Notes: a model not told the origin generated them from the letters alone. DNA of 64,000 nt from Salpingoeca rosetta (GCA_033442325.1 JAWQFM010000007.1:1053011-1117010), one strand, 5' to 3'. Shown: positions 1 to 19,292, numbered from the stretch's first letter. Numbers and translations: made by a program.

Positions 1-293
1 GCTTCACTTCCTGCTGTTCTTCTTGTTCTTGCTTCACTTGCTGGTCTTCTTGTTCTTGCTGCTGCTGCTGTTTTTCTTGCTGCTGCTGCTGTTCCTCTTG
101 TTCTTGTCGTTGTTGTTGCTGCTGCTTTGCCTTTGCTTTGCTTCCATCTCGCCTTCGTTTGCTCTTCTCCTATTGGTGTTGAGAATCACGAGGCACAGCA
201 CATCAGCACGCGCACACCACAATGCACAGCCTCACACCTCCATACACCCACGCACATGCACCTCAACCTCCACCTCCACCTCCACCTCCACCT

Positions 294-372
<79 letters not shown>

Positions 373-1014
373 ACGGCAACGCACCTTCTTCCTGCGCTTT
401 TGGTTGCGCTCTTTACGCAGCTGCTCCAGCCGTGCCTTGTAGCCAACGCGGTACTTGGAGCGGTAGTAGTACAACACACACTCCGCAACAGACTTGCGAG
501 GCAGGTGCTTGGCAATCTTCACAAAGTCCTTTGGCGTCTGCATGTACCGCTTCAGAAACGTCTGCTCCTCCTCCGCCGTCCACGCATTCACATTCGCAAG
601 AATCTCGTGCTGCCCAACACTGGAGACGTCAAACACGCGAATGTACACACATGCATGCACGCGTGCATATGCACGCGGCAGTCACGAGACAGCCCAACAC
701 AACAGCAGACATGTCAGCGTGCGTGCACATTCGTGTGTGTGTGTGTGTGTCATCGTCAACAGCATATCCTTAGATACGCCGCTTGCAGTTGTACATGTAT
801 GCGTGCGTGTGCGTGTATGTGTATGTGGTGACTGCGATGACGCACGGGTCGGCGACGAGCCTGTTGGTGTCCACGATGCGCGGCTGGGTGCGCTTGGCGT
901 GGCCAAACAGCTGCGGAGAATCCCGTGCAACACGAGCCTGTCTCATCAACATGCACGTACGCGCACCAGAAGAGGGGGAGGGAGGGTGATTAGCGACTCG
1001 AAGCAAACACAAAC

Positions 1015-1074
<60 letters not shown>

Positions 1075-2128
1075 CAAACAAAACAAACACAAACACACAC
1101 AACAAACACACATCTACGCACAACACGCCCATCGCAACGCCCTCCACCTCAAAACAAATAGCGCCGCGGCTGCTTTGGAGGGGGCGGGGGCGTACAATGT
1201 GGTTGAAGGTGCAGGCGACGTCGTTTGGATCGAAGATGCTGGGAACATCGGCGGGGTCGACGCCCGATGTGGACTCGAGGTCCGGGTCATACGCCGCGCC
1301 AGGGGGCTCCGTCTGCACGCTCTTCGGCAGCACCTCCTGGAAATACTCAAAGTTGCTGCAGAGAGACAGAGAGAGAGAGAGCGGGCGGGCGGGATGGAGA
1401 TGAGGAGACGTGCGTTGAGACGGGAAAGTTCGCGTGTTGTACATGTGCATATGTGTAAGCGCGCGTAGTTGTGCGTGAAGACGCTAACCAAATGGTGGCA
1501 AGACCACCGCCGCCGATAGGTGACCACGGCAACGTGTTACCTGAGGCTCTGCTGGCGCGCGTCGACTATGGCCCGGCGGGCGCGCCGCGTCCACTCCTTC
1601 TGCAATGCAAGGTAGTGCGCAGCAAGTTTCTTCCCCGCCGCCTGCATGCACACACGCGCACACGCGCACACGCACACGCGCAGTAGTTGGTTGGAGAAGG
1701 AGGAAGGCCAAAGGGCGGATGAAGGAGTGTAGGATGAGAGCAACGCGGGTCATTGGCAACACCAAGTGTTCATAGAGAACACCACTTGTGTGCATGGAGC
1801 GAACTCAAACAGCACATGCACCCAGACATGCAACCACACAGGTGCACACACCTCGTCCTCGGAGCGGCACTTTGCGACGTAGCAAGTGAGGGCGGTGATC
1901 ATGGACGGGGTCTTTTCGCAGACGCGGCGGACAGCGTTGTAGTGCTGCGGCGGCGGTGGATCAAGCAGCGCTCGCGCATCCTCAAGCACATCCCGCACTG
2001 GCTCGGGTACATTCTTCCGCGCCTGTACCACACACACACACATGCCACGCAGGTGTGTACGCATGTTGTATCAAGCACAAGATGCACAGAGATGTGAGTT
2101 GGTGGGCTGATGGGGGAAAGGTGCAATA

Positions 2129-2161
<33 letters not shown>

Positions 2162-2180
2162 ATGTGGTGTGTGTGCATGT

Positions 2181-2228
<48 letters not shown>

Positions 2229-2965
2229 CATGTGGTGTGTGTGTGTGTGTGTGGGGGGGGGGGAGGCGGGTGTGTTGCCAATCGTCGAATCCGTCCATCC
2301 ATGCACACCTTTGCGGGCACACGCAGCCCAACAGATGCATGGTGTATACACACACCTTGATTTGGTTTTCTCTGTACACACGCTTGATCAGCGCCTGCAG
2401 CGTCTCCTGTGGCCAACACAAGAACGCGTATAACGGCCGTGCGAGCAGTGAGCACTGACGCGACGCAGATTGCATCGCGTACTCGCGGGCGTGCTTGTCT
2501 TCAAACACACACACACACACAGACACACAGCTCATCACCTGCAAGATCGCGAGGGTGCTACCGACACGCACTCAGACCGCACCTCAAGCCCGCACCACAA
2601 ACCACGACATGCACGTAATCTGCGCAGCACGGACCGCACCTGTCCCGTTTCTTCCGCGAGCCAGGCGTCCTCGGAGGTGCCCATGCTGTGCAGTTCGTGG
2701 TGGTGCTCGCGCTCGTGATGCAGGAGCTCCTGCAGCTCCACGCGCCGCCGCTGACACAACACATAACGCAGGCATGCACGTGACATGAGGGGGGAGACAA
2801 GGTGCAGATGGGACGCTTGTCGATTCGCGGCCTCCACACACTGCCACCCAACAGTGTACACGACAGTACACGAGATAGCTGTTGCGAGTGCACAGAGAAA
2901 CTAAAGACAGAGAGAGCGACGAGACAGGCAGCCACACACGCACACACAGCCACACGCACACACAG

Positions 2966-3010
<45 letters not shown>

Positions 3011-4135
3011 GCCACACGCACGCACAGCCACACGCACGCACGCACACACGCAAACACAAGGATGAATGGGAGGGGTGGTTGCTGGCATACGCGAAGGGTG
3101 GCGAGGTCCTGTTTGAGACGGGCAAGCTCGGCATCCTTGAGGTTCATCTGCTCCAGCCAGTACTCTGTCGACTCTGCTTGCACAAAACCAGCGCCGAAAA
3201 GCAAGCGCACAACAAGGGGTTGAGCGTGTGACACGAATCATTCCAGCAACTGTGTCGACAGGAGAGCCACGCAAGAGCAGCGGTAGGAGGGAGGAACAAG
3301 GGGGGGAGGCGCGAGAGTGTGCAGGTGCACACCTTCTTTGCTCCGTTGTGGAGTGGGCTTGGTTGGAGACTTGTCGACACGCTGTACTCTTGCTTTGCCC
3401 TTTGGACTCCCTGGCCCCCGCAAACAAGGTGGAAAAGCAGTCGACAAGCAAGGAAAGACAACAACGCAACAGCAGCGATACAGCAATACAGTGGTGGGAA
3501 AAGATGGCGTGAGCTGGTGCAAGGCGAGACGCAGGGTCATTTCAACTTGACGGGAGCGACAAGAGATGGGGTGACCTGGTGCAAGGTGAGACGAGAGAGG
3601 AAGCTGGCAAGCGCGCGGACTGAAACCTACTTGCAGATATTGAAGCGGAGGTTGGAGATAGCGACCGTTCGGAGCTGGTTGACGAGGTGAAGCGGTTCGA
3701 GGACTTCTTCTGCCGCGCCGAGCGCTGCTGACCATCCTCCTCCTCCTCATCGTCGTCGTCGTCGTCTTCGTCCTCCTCGTCCTCGTCCTCGTCGTCTTCG
3801 TCTTCATCTTCGTCGTCGTCATCCTCGTCGTCGTCCTCGCTCATGTCAAACCCGTCATCGCGCTGGCGCCGCGAGGGCTTTCCGCCCTTTGGCGCAAAGT
3901 CCGGCAGCATCTGCGCCCGCCGCACCACTGGCGCCGACGCTGCCGATGCTGCTGATGTTGTGGCCGTGGTTGTGGGTGGGTTTTTCGATGGTGGCTGCTG
4001 ATGCTGCTGCTGTTGTTTCTCTGGTGAGAACACCAGTGCTGGAGGTGGCCTGTCATCCTGCATGGCGCGTACATCTCCCCTTGCATCCTCACCACCGCTG
4101 GGCGTCGTTGTTGCTGCCTCTCGACCACTCGCCAT
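1..4135 (-). CDS. NCoR/SMRT (Snt1)-like SANT-domain corepressor, multi-exon, 3' end outside the window
   Basis: ATG at 4135 (MASGREAATTT...). Exons resemble NCoR blocks in order: LIKRVYRENQIKA (cf. IIYDENRKKA), KKLAAHYLALQKEW, IVDTNRLVADP (cf. FINMNGLMEDP), and the SANT WTAEEEQTFLKRYMQTPKDFVKIAKHLPRKSVAECVLYYY. A Q/E-rich exon continues to position 1. Confidence 0.82.
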
Positions 4136-4261
4136 CTCCGCCAGTTGTCTGTTGTGCTGTGTTGTGCGCGGTTTGTGCGCTTTGTGCTGCTTCTCTGCAA
4201 TCGGCGAATGTGGAAAATTGGATGAAAATATACACCATTCATCCACACTGCAAGCCGTTGC

Positions 4262-4278
4262 GGCGGGAAATTTTCAAA
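4262..4278 (+). promoter_or_regulatory. E2F-like site GGCGGGAAA next to a CHR-type TTCAAA in the divergent NCoR/Spc25 spacer
   Basis: Sequence cggcgggaaattttcaaa lies about 230 bp upstream of the Spc25 ATG. Confidence 0.4.
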
Positions 4279-4380
4279 ACGACAAGACCAAGCACATTAA
4301 CTCTCCAACGCGCACACCTCGTCCCGTGTGCTTTGCTTTGCTGTGCTCTGCTGACGCTTCCTTTGAGTCTAGTAGGGTGC

Positions 4381-4443
4381 GCACTGCCGAGCGTGTCGAC
4401 AACGACAGACGCACTGCCCAGCGTGTCGCCAACGACAGACGCA
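4381..4443. repeat. 30-bp tandem duplication upstream of Spc25
   Basis: gcactgccgagcgtgtcgacaacgacagac followed by gcactgcccagcgtgtcgccaacgacagac (2 mismatches), then gca. Confidence 0.9.
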
Positions 4444-4503
4444 TTTGAGAGAGAAACACAGAAGGGGAATATTCAGAGTGGGAGATTGCGAAGGAAAAGC
4501 AAG

Positions 4504-6284
4504 ATGGAGGATCCACAGCTGGCGCAGATTCAGCAGCAGGTTGCTGAGGCGCAGCACGAGTTTGATACCTGGGTGTCATCCGTGAACAACACCTTTGAGA
4601 CCAAGCAACAAGAGCACAAGCGGAGTGTTCTCGCATCACGAGGTGAGTGTGCTGTGCATTGCGTGGATGGTGTGTGTTTTGGTGCAACTGTGGGTGTTTA
4701 GTTGCAGCTGTGTCATGTGGAAATCGCAGCAGCGCACGCGGTGTCGCCTGGTTTGTGTGTGTGTGTCTGTGTGTCTGTGTGTCTGTGTGTCTGTGTGTCT
4801 GTGTGTCTGTGTGTCTGTGTGTCTGTGTGTCTGTGTGTCTGTGTGCAGCACATGTGCACGTTGTTTCCTGAGTATCTCACAAATGCTATCATTGTCGTGC
4901 TTGGCAACTGTGCAACTGTGTTGTTTGCAGACAACATCAAGCACTTGCGTGAGCAGATCAGCTCAAAGGCAACAGAAAAGCAGGCGAACGAAAAGGTTGC
5001 GCGCAAGCAGGAGCAGGAGCGAAATGACATTGAGGACAAGATTTCTGCCGTGCACAAGGAGACGGAGCAGCTCCTCTCTGTTGACCAGCGCCTGAATCAG
5101 GAGATTGCTGCCCTCAACGCAGAGAAGGACCGCGTTCTCCAAGGTATGCACAAATGTCTGATTGTGTGTGGGAGGATGCTTAGTTGTTAGTACATGTGTG
5201 CGGGTGCTGTTGTCCTGCATGTGTGTGTGTGTGTCTGTGTGTTTGTGTGGCTGTGTGTGTATGTGTGTGGTTGTGTCTGTGTCTGTGCTTGCGTGTGCGT
5301 ACGTGTGCGTCTGTGCACGTGTGTTGTGTGTGTGTGTATGCGGTGCTCATTTATCGGCCGATTCAAAGCAATGCATGAATGAATATGTTGGTTTCTTCCC
5401 TGCCTGTTCTATGCAATCCCTGGTGCCTCTGTTGCACACGCCCTTGCTTCAATGCGTTGCGTGGCTGTGTCTATCAACACGCAGAGATTGAGGAAGTGAA
5501 GCAGGAGAACGACAGTGCATGCGCCCGAAAGACGCAGGGCATCGAGTGGTACCAAGACAGGCTTGGATGGAGCATGAAGACGAAGAAGCGTGAGTTGCGC
5601 GCGTCAACTGCTGGCGTCGACTGCTTGTTCTTGACCTGTTAAGTTGGAAAACCACGACTGTCATTGCTTCTTGTTCAACACCCTCACCTCGCTATCCTTC
5701 TGGTCTGGCGTTGCATTCTCCCTGTGTGCAGGCGACACGCTGAGCATGCGTTTCACGCAGATTGACCCAGATGACCGCGATCGCCCCTTCAGTTTCGACC
5801 TTGTTGTCAAGCCAAACGACACTTACGAAGGTGACTTTTGGGTGCACGTGTGCGTATCTCTTTGTGTTTGTGTGTGTGTGTGTGCCTGTGTTTGTTTGTT
5901 TGTTTGTTTGTTTGTTTGCTTGTTGTTTGTTCGCGAGTGTGTATACGAGTGTGTGTGTGTGTGTGTGTGTGTAGACGTGGTGCGTGTGTCTGTGTGTATG
6001 CCTGTGTGTGTATGTCTGTGTGTGTGTAGACGTGCATGCGTGTCAACGTGTGTGCACTTGTGTACCGTTGTCCATGTGCGTGTGCACGTGCATGTGCACC
6101 GTGTGTATGTGCAACGTTGAATCCACAACTCTCACATGACCTTGCCTTGGTGTGGCCAAAACAACCAGCTGTGAACATGGAGCCGAAGATTGATGTGCAG
6201 CCACTGTTGGATGAGCTCAACACAAACAACAACCTTGGTCGTTTTCTCTTCCGCGTTCGCAACGCCTTCAAGGCGTCCCTCTGA
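4504..6284 (+). CDS. SPC25: Kinetochore protein Spc25 (NDC80 complex), 5 exons
   Basis: N-terminal coiled coil, then YQDRLG...MRFTQIDPDDRDRPFSF...LLDELNTNNNLGRFLFRVRNAFK, typical of the Spc25 RWD domain. Exons join at GT-AG sites. Confidence 0.88.
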
Positions 6285-6348
6285 ATCAGCACGCGCGATG
6301 TTTTGTCACATAACCTTCCCTTGTTACACTGACCTGCTGATGTGTGTG

Positions 6349-6425
<77 letters not shown>

Positions 6426-6604
6426 TGCGCATGTGCACCAATGCTTTGCTTCACCAACCACCACTGTCGCCTACTTCCCTTCCTCCTCAGAAAAAGGCAA
6501 TTTTGCCTTCCATGCATGGTCAAAATTGACATCCAACGACGACAACAACAAAGCTCGAGAAGCAAGCCAACCAAGCAAACAAACAAACCCTTGAGTGGCT
6601 GGAT

Positions 6605-6908
6605 ATGAGCAGCAGCGGTGGCGGCGGCGTGCGAGCGATGGAGGATATGGAAGGCGAAGCTGACCACAGTCAGGGCTTCTCCGGGTGCTGGCAGGGCGTG
6701 GACATCTCTGGTGCGGGGTTCTTCGCTGCAGTGCTCGTGTTTTTGATGCTGATCCTGTTCCCCGTGGCCATGGGCACAGACCAGTGGGCATCATCCGACG
6801 CCGTCAACATGGGCCTCTTCCAGTACTGCGACACCAGATGTCAACAATGTACGTGCACAGGGCGGATGTGAAAGAGGTGCGAGGAGCCGGTGGGAGCAGA
6901 TGCTGTGC

Positions 6909-6942
<34 letters not shown>

Positions 6943-7466
6943 TTGAAGTTGTGGTTGTGTATGTGTGTGTGTGTGTGTAGTTGTTGTTGTTGTGTATGTT
7001 GTTGTGTATATTTTGTGTGGTTTTCGTTCGACAACACTTGCGACTTGTGCTGTTGCTCTCTTCGCTGTGTTGAGGGCCAGTACTTGTTTGTCTTTCTTCT
7101 TCTTTTTTTTCCTTTTCTTCTTCTTCTTCTGCTTCTTCTTCTTCTTCTTCTGCTTCTTCTTCTTCTTTCTCTTGTTCTTGTTCTTGTTCTTGTTCTTGTT
7201 CTTGTTCTTGTTCTTCTTTTTGTTCTCCCTCACCTTCGTCATTTGAACCCCACCGCAACCACGACGAAACGCAGATGTGGACAACCGATTCCCACCCACA
7301 GGCCAGAACGACTTGAACCTTGTCACCACGACAGAGGCGTGTGCTGCCTTCATCGGGCTTGCCATTACGGCGTCCTTCTTCGCCATGGTACAGATTGTGT
7401 TTGGACTGGGCCGCACAGGCTATGACCGCACCGTCTTCCGCGCAGCCGTCTGTGCCTACTTTGCAG

Positions 7467-7497
<31 letters not shown>

Positions 7498-8291
7498 CGT
7501 ATGTGTGTGTGTGTGTGTGCGCATGTGTATGCATTTGTGCTTGTGCACTTGTGCGTGTCTGTGCTTGTGCGTTTGCGTGTCTGTGCGTGTGCGTTTGCGT
7601 GGAACAGCTTGCAAGAGAGATACGAAGAGAAGGAGAGCGACTCTGTGGGGTGGGTTCTGCGGTCGTGCATGTGTGTGCCTGCGATCCAATACGATCCGCT
7701 CTGCTTGTGCCCTCACGTCTTTGGCGCCATGGCAGCCGGGTGCGGTATCCTGGCGACGATCATTTTCGGGGCGCTGGTGAATGAGCTGCCATCGTCGTAC
7801 GCGGTGGGCTACTCGTTCAACGTGAATGTCGCTGCCTGGATCATCAGCGCCATTGCGGGCATGCTGCTCAACATCGACTCCCGCAACATCAGCTACGTCG
7901 ACCCAGCCATCGCCGTCCACACCGGCGGCCGCCAGATGATGTGCGTGGCAAGAATCGAATGTCTGTGTTGTGTTGTGTTGTGTTGTGTTGTGTGGTGTAC
8001 TTTGTGTGGATAACTGTGTGTGCTGTGTGTATACTTTGTGTGTGCGGTGTGTGTGTACTTTTTGTGTGCTCTGCGTGTGCTGTGTGTGTACTTTATGTGT
8101 TGTGTCGTGTTGTGTTGTGTCGTGTTGTGTTGTGTGTGCATCGACGTCTGCATAATGTTGCGACTGGGCGATTTGGTCCACCCACACGTGTCTGTTTGCC
8201 TGTGTTGCGTGTCTCCTTTGTGCTTCCTTGGCATTGACGCCTCAACCCCACGCACCCCTTGCCTTTCCGTTTATTTCGCCATGACAGTTGA
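6605..8291 (+). CDS. Claudin/PMP22/EMP-superfamily four-TM protein
   Basis: TM1 is followed by DQW...[10 protein letters not shown] (W-GL[WF]xxC-C loop signature). There are four hydrophobic segments and GYSF...AAW at TM4. A donor at 7941 and acceptor at 8287 give the C-terminus GRQMI-stop. Confidence 0.75.
7095..7220. repeat. (CTT)n/(CTTGTT)n microsatellite in an intron
   Basis: Seen directly in the sequence. Confidence 0.9.
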
Positions 8292-9055
8292 GGCTGCGCG
8301 TTGTCACCACCGCCACAACACCACGTCCAATCTCCATCATCCAAGCAGTGCTGGTCGCTGTTCCCCATTTGCAACCAACACACACACACACACACAACCC
8401 CGCAGCCTGTTTTTCCTTCCACTGGCGCGTGTGCTGACTCGTGCTTCCTCCAACCACCCCATCCTCTCCTCCCTTACCCATTTCTCCTCCCCACAAGCAC
8501 ACACACGCACTCAAAGCGCAACAACGCCACCCTCTGTCTTGTCTCCTTCATCATCACCACCACCATCATCATCATCATCATCATCATCTTCGTTGCTGCG
8601 GCTGTTGCTTGGTCAACAGCTGCCTGTTCCCTTCATCACCATCCCATCTTCGTTGCTGCTGCTGCTGCTTCTTCTTCTTCTTCTTCTTCTTCTTCTTTCA
8701 GTAGACCGCTCACACACAGCACCCTCCACCACCCCCCCCCCCCCCCATCGCTGCTGTCTTCGTGCTGGTGAGATGTCACATCACAATCCTTACCCCGTTT
8801 TGTTGCAGTGTTACACCCCCCCCCCCATTTCTTATCACACGCAGTTGTACCGCTTTGCGTTTCTTCTTACTTGGACTTCGCTGATGTACTGGTGTGCTGC
8901 GACACCAGCCATCGTGTCATGTCATGTCACATGTCTTGGTTCGTTGCAATTGATTAAGAACACTCTAAAGAACCCCATACAAACACGCCCACACATTCAC
9001 AACAAGCAAGCGAGAAGCAAGAACCCCCCCCCCCATTGTTAAGAACAACCGGCAC

Positions 9056-9112
<57 letters not shown>

Positions 9113-9148
9113 ACACACGCACACACGCACATATACACAGCTCTCTGC

Positions 9149-9454
9149 TCAGTCGCTGTCGCTATCACTGTCGGAGTCGCCAGCGTCGCTGTCATCGTTT
9201 GCGACGCGCCTGTTTGCCTTCCGTCTCCGCTGCGCCCCAAAGACGCCCAGCCGCGCGGGCCGCTGCTTCGCCAGACTCGACTCGCCAAGGCTGATCACCC
9301 CAGTCCGCGCAAGCCGCCCCTGCCGTGATGGGTAGTAGTGGTGATATTGACATGGAGGAAGGTTGGATGGGACAACTGTCAGCGTAGTTTGTGGAAAGGG
9401 GGGCAGATGAACGCTATAATGGTCATAATGGCCTGCGATTGTGCTTTTGTTCTT

Positions 9455-9508
<54 letters not shown>

Positions 9509-10915
9509 CCCCGCCCCGCACCAGCCTCATTCGTATTTGAGTTCCTCGATTCGAGCGGCCTTCTTCTTGGCCATCTTGGGATCAAGCCGCACGCGTGTCA
9601 GCCACCTGTTCTTCCTGCGGTCGCCGCGCGTGTGGGTCGCCTTCTCCGCCCGTAACCGCTTCGGCTCGGGCACCTGCGCTGCCTCCAGGTGCTCCACCCG
9701 CCACCCCATCGCCCGGCCCGTCGCAACCACGGCCTCCTCAAGCGCCAGCATCGTCTCGTCCACGCGCTCCACGTCGTCGTACACCTCCAGCGTCGGCAGG
9801 TGACCCTTCAGCAGCGACAGGTTGTCTGCGTTGAGCTTGCGGTCCCACGCGCCCAAAGCCTCCGCCTCCACCTCCTGCGCATCAGATAACAAAGTGATTG
9901 GGTAGGTGAGTGTGTGTTTGTGTATGAGTGAGTGTGTGGGTGCGTGTGTATGTGCATGTGTGTGTGTGTGAGTGTATGTACTTTTGTGCATGTGCGTGCG
10001 AGTGTGCAAGGAGTGAGTGTGTGAGTGTGTTTGTGTGTGTGCGTGTGTGTCTGGACGACAACATGAAAATGACAGGATCTGTTTGCCTGCTCGCAGCAAG
10101 AGCGACAACAGCGCAATTGTTGCCACGTCACCCCGGCCTGTCTGTCTTCACCTTGTTGATGAGGCCCATGATCTGCTCAACAAGCTGATCCTCCGACGTT
10201 GTCTCATCGCGCACAATCCAGGCATAGCTGCAAGTGTGTGTGCGTGCATGTGTGTGTATGTGCGTGAAAGTGTGTGTGTGCATGTGCATGGGTGAGCGAG
10301 TACACGTGCTTATTGTGTTGACACCAAGGCACACCCCGAAACTGCACTCTGCAGCTCTCTTCCAGCTCATAAGCACGTGAGTTCTTCCCATCCAGCCGAA
10401 GCCGGGCACAAGACAGAGTAAACACACGCACACGACACATGCACATTACACATGCACATAACACATGCACGCAACGCACATACACATGCACACGCACAAC
10501 ACAACCTTCCCCACCCACACACGCACAACACAACCTCACACGTACCTTGGGTCTGCGCGGAACGAGCGCATCTGCTTTGCACAGAGGCGGCGGGTGGCTG
10601 CCATGTAGTTGAGCAGAAACCGGTAGAACCCCTTGCGTCGCATCAGCTTCGTCTTGGTGCTTGGCTTGAGCCAGAAGCTGTGCAGGAACTCAAAGCACTG
10701 CCGGTAGCCAATGCTCTTTGCCGCGTGCATTTGCCCCTCCAGCCCCTCCTCAACCAGCCTGCAGCAACAGCAGATTCGGGTGGGGCGAGGGTGAGCAACC
10801 CTCACGCACACACAAACTCGCACACACAAACACGCACACACTCTCTCATTTACAAAAGTCGCGCACTCACACCCATTTAAACACACACGCACGCACGCAC
10901 ACACACACACACACA

Positions 10916-10947
<32 letters not shown>

Positions 10948-12318
10948 CGCACACGGCGCAGAGGATGAAGCCATTGAGGCAGACAACGTGACTTTATTGC
11001 CGGCGCAATGCGACCCGAATCAAGCGTCACCCATACCGGAGCGTCTCCTCCATGATGCCACGGTCGACAATGTGTTCGCAGCGCTGGTTAATGCGCTCAA
11101 ACAGCAGCCAGCGCGGTGCTGTCAGATACAGGCGTGTCACATCAAACGCGGACGACAGCCCAGGTTCCAGCTAACGCTCGCATCGGCAAGGGGTGGAAAG
11201 GAAGCGGGCAAGGCAGCAGCAAATGTGAGCGAGGAGAAAGGGGACAGCCCGCGCACATGCACATGCACACACATACACACACTCTCTACTGGTGCGACTG
11301 ACCTCGTGCTTGTACGATGAGAAGGGACGACCCGACATGCGATACACGCTCATTGCGCGCGTGAGGCGATACCAGTCGTTGCGGTCGATGCGCGCAGCGC
11401 TCTCGGGATCCACAGCATGAAGATCGGCGTGTGCTCGATCCCAGTCCGACCCGCCATCGTACTCGCGCAGGATCTGGCCACACAGCACACACACGCGCGC
11501 GCGCGTGTGTGTAAACACGCGTGTGCAAATGGGAATGAAACAAGGCAGGGGTGTTTGAAGAGAGAGAGTGTGTGTGTGTGTGTGAGTGAGAGAGACGCAC
11601 GCATGGAGAGGGAAAGAAGGTCCAACGCGTGCGTGGTTGAACACGTGGAAGGCAACGCCTCGCAGCTTAGCGGAGTGCCCTCGCTTCACTCCAAACTCAC
11701 ACGCTTGAACGGTACACACATCAAAACACATGCACACACACACATGTGCACGCTCACACAAACATGCGCACATTCGCCTGCACGATCGTATATTTGCACA
11801 CACATACACACACAATCTCTTGCCCACTCTCATACTCGTACCTGATCTTCAAGCACGACGTCTGCACGCGGAGCCGCGGGCCTGCCATTTAACAAAAAGT
11901 TGAGGTAGAACCACGTCCCTCCAACAATGAGGGGCGTCTTGCCACGGGACGCAATATCTTGACACAGATCCATGGCGTGCTGGAAGAAGTCTCCCGAAGA
12001 GTATGTGTCGTAGATGTCACAGGTGTCGATAAGGTGGTGCTTGACAGCCTGCCGATGCTCCGGAGAGACCTTGTCGGAGCCAATGTCCATGCCCTTGTAC
12101 ACCTGCACGGAGTCTGCCGAGACAATCTCCGCATTCAATATCCTCGCCAACCGAATGGAGAGATCTGTCTTGCCCACGGCAGTCGGCCCCGTCAACACAA
12201 CCGCCTTTGGCCTCGCTTCAGCCGCCATGGGCCCCGTTGCAGCGGCAGCGGCAGAGTTCAGCGCGCGTCGCCCGCGCCGCCACAGCACCACACGTGCACG
12301 GTTCATCATCATCGTCAT
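9149..12318 (-). CDS. miaA: tRNA dimethylallyltransferase (MiaA/IPT9-type), probably organellar, multi-exon
   Basis: GPTAVGKT P-loop, SADSVQVYKGMDIGSDK, IVGGTWFY, NDWYRL, KSIGYRQ motifs. The N-terminus is Arg-rich and presequence-like. The last two exons are attached by inference. Confidence 0.9.
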
Positions 12319-12468
12319 GTTGCTGGTAGTTGTGCGGTGAAAGTTCGGAAGATTTGTGAATGGTTTCCTCTAACATTCAGCATTGACTGCAACGCAGCGC
12401 AACAACAACAGCAGGACGAGCAGCGGAACAGTGTGGTTTGTGTTGTTGTTGGAACGACCAGGAGGAGG

Positions 12469-18641
<6,173 letters not shown>

Positions 18642-18657
18642 GGCGTGCAGGGATGCC

Positions 18658-18672
18658 GATGATGATGATGAC

Positions 18673-18739
<67 letters not shown>

Positions 18740-18740
18740 G
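18658..18740. repeat. (GAT)n microsatellite in the LAP 3' UTR
   Basis: Seen directly in the sequence. Confidence 0.9.
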
Positions 18741-19043
18741 CTGTGATGAGTGACGGTGATGGCAATGGTGGTGATGCTGCTGTCGTGCTGGTGGTCATAC
18801 AACCATAAAAACACAAAGACAAGAACGAGAGTAGTCTACAGCAATCTTGTCTTGTCTCCATTTTGTGTGTGTGTGTGTGTGTCTGTCTGTCTATGTCTGT
18901 CTGTCTGTCCAACTCTACCCCTTTCTGTGGAACAGGAGAGACGTGGTGGTGTTGCTTGGAGCAATGCTTGGCACGGTTTGGTTTAATGCCCGTATCCAGG
19001 TGATGGTGAAGCTGTTGTGGTGTACATGCAAGGTTATGGGGCA

Positions 19044-19241
19044 TTAGAAGGCCGGGCAGGGTTCCTGTTGGGTTGCGCAGTCGTAGTCGGCCGCTTGGCG
19101 CTGCAGTGCACACTCGTATCTCGCCTGCCGCATCTCCTGCTTGATCAGCTCCTCCTGATACGCAAACGTCGTCAGTGCCTCTACACTTGCAGCATCTCCA
19201 TATTCATCTGTGATGCATGTACGGCAAGTGCTGGGAGCGTG

Positions 19242-19292
<51 letters not shown>

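Noticed and set aside
4381-4443. 30-bp direct repeats as a CRISPR-like array
   Set aside because: There are two adjacent copies with no spacers, in a eukaryotic context with no cas genes.
11486-11511. Perfect palindrome ACACACACGCGCGC...GTGTGTGT as a structured RNA or MITE
   Set aside because: It is a simple CA/CG/TG repeat junction common throughout this DNA, with no element boundaries.
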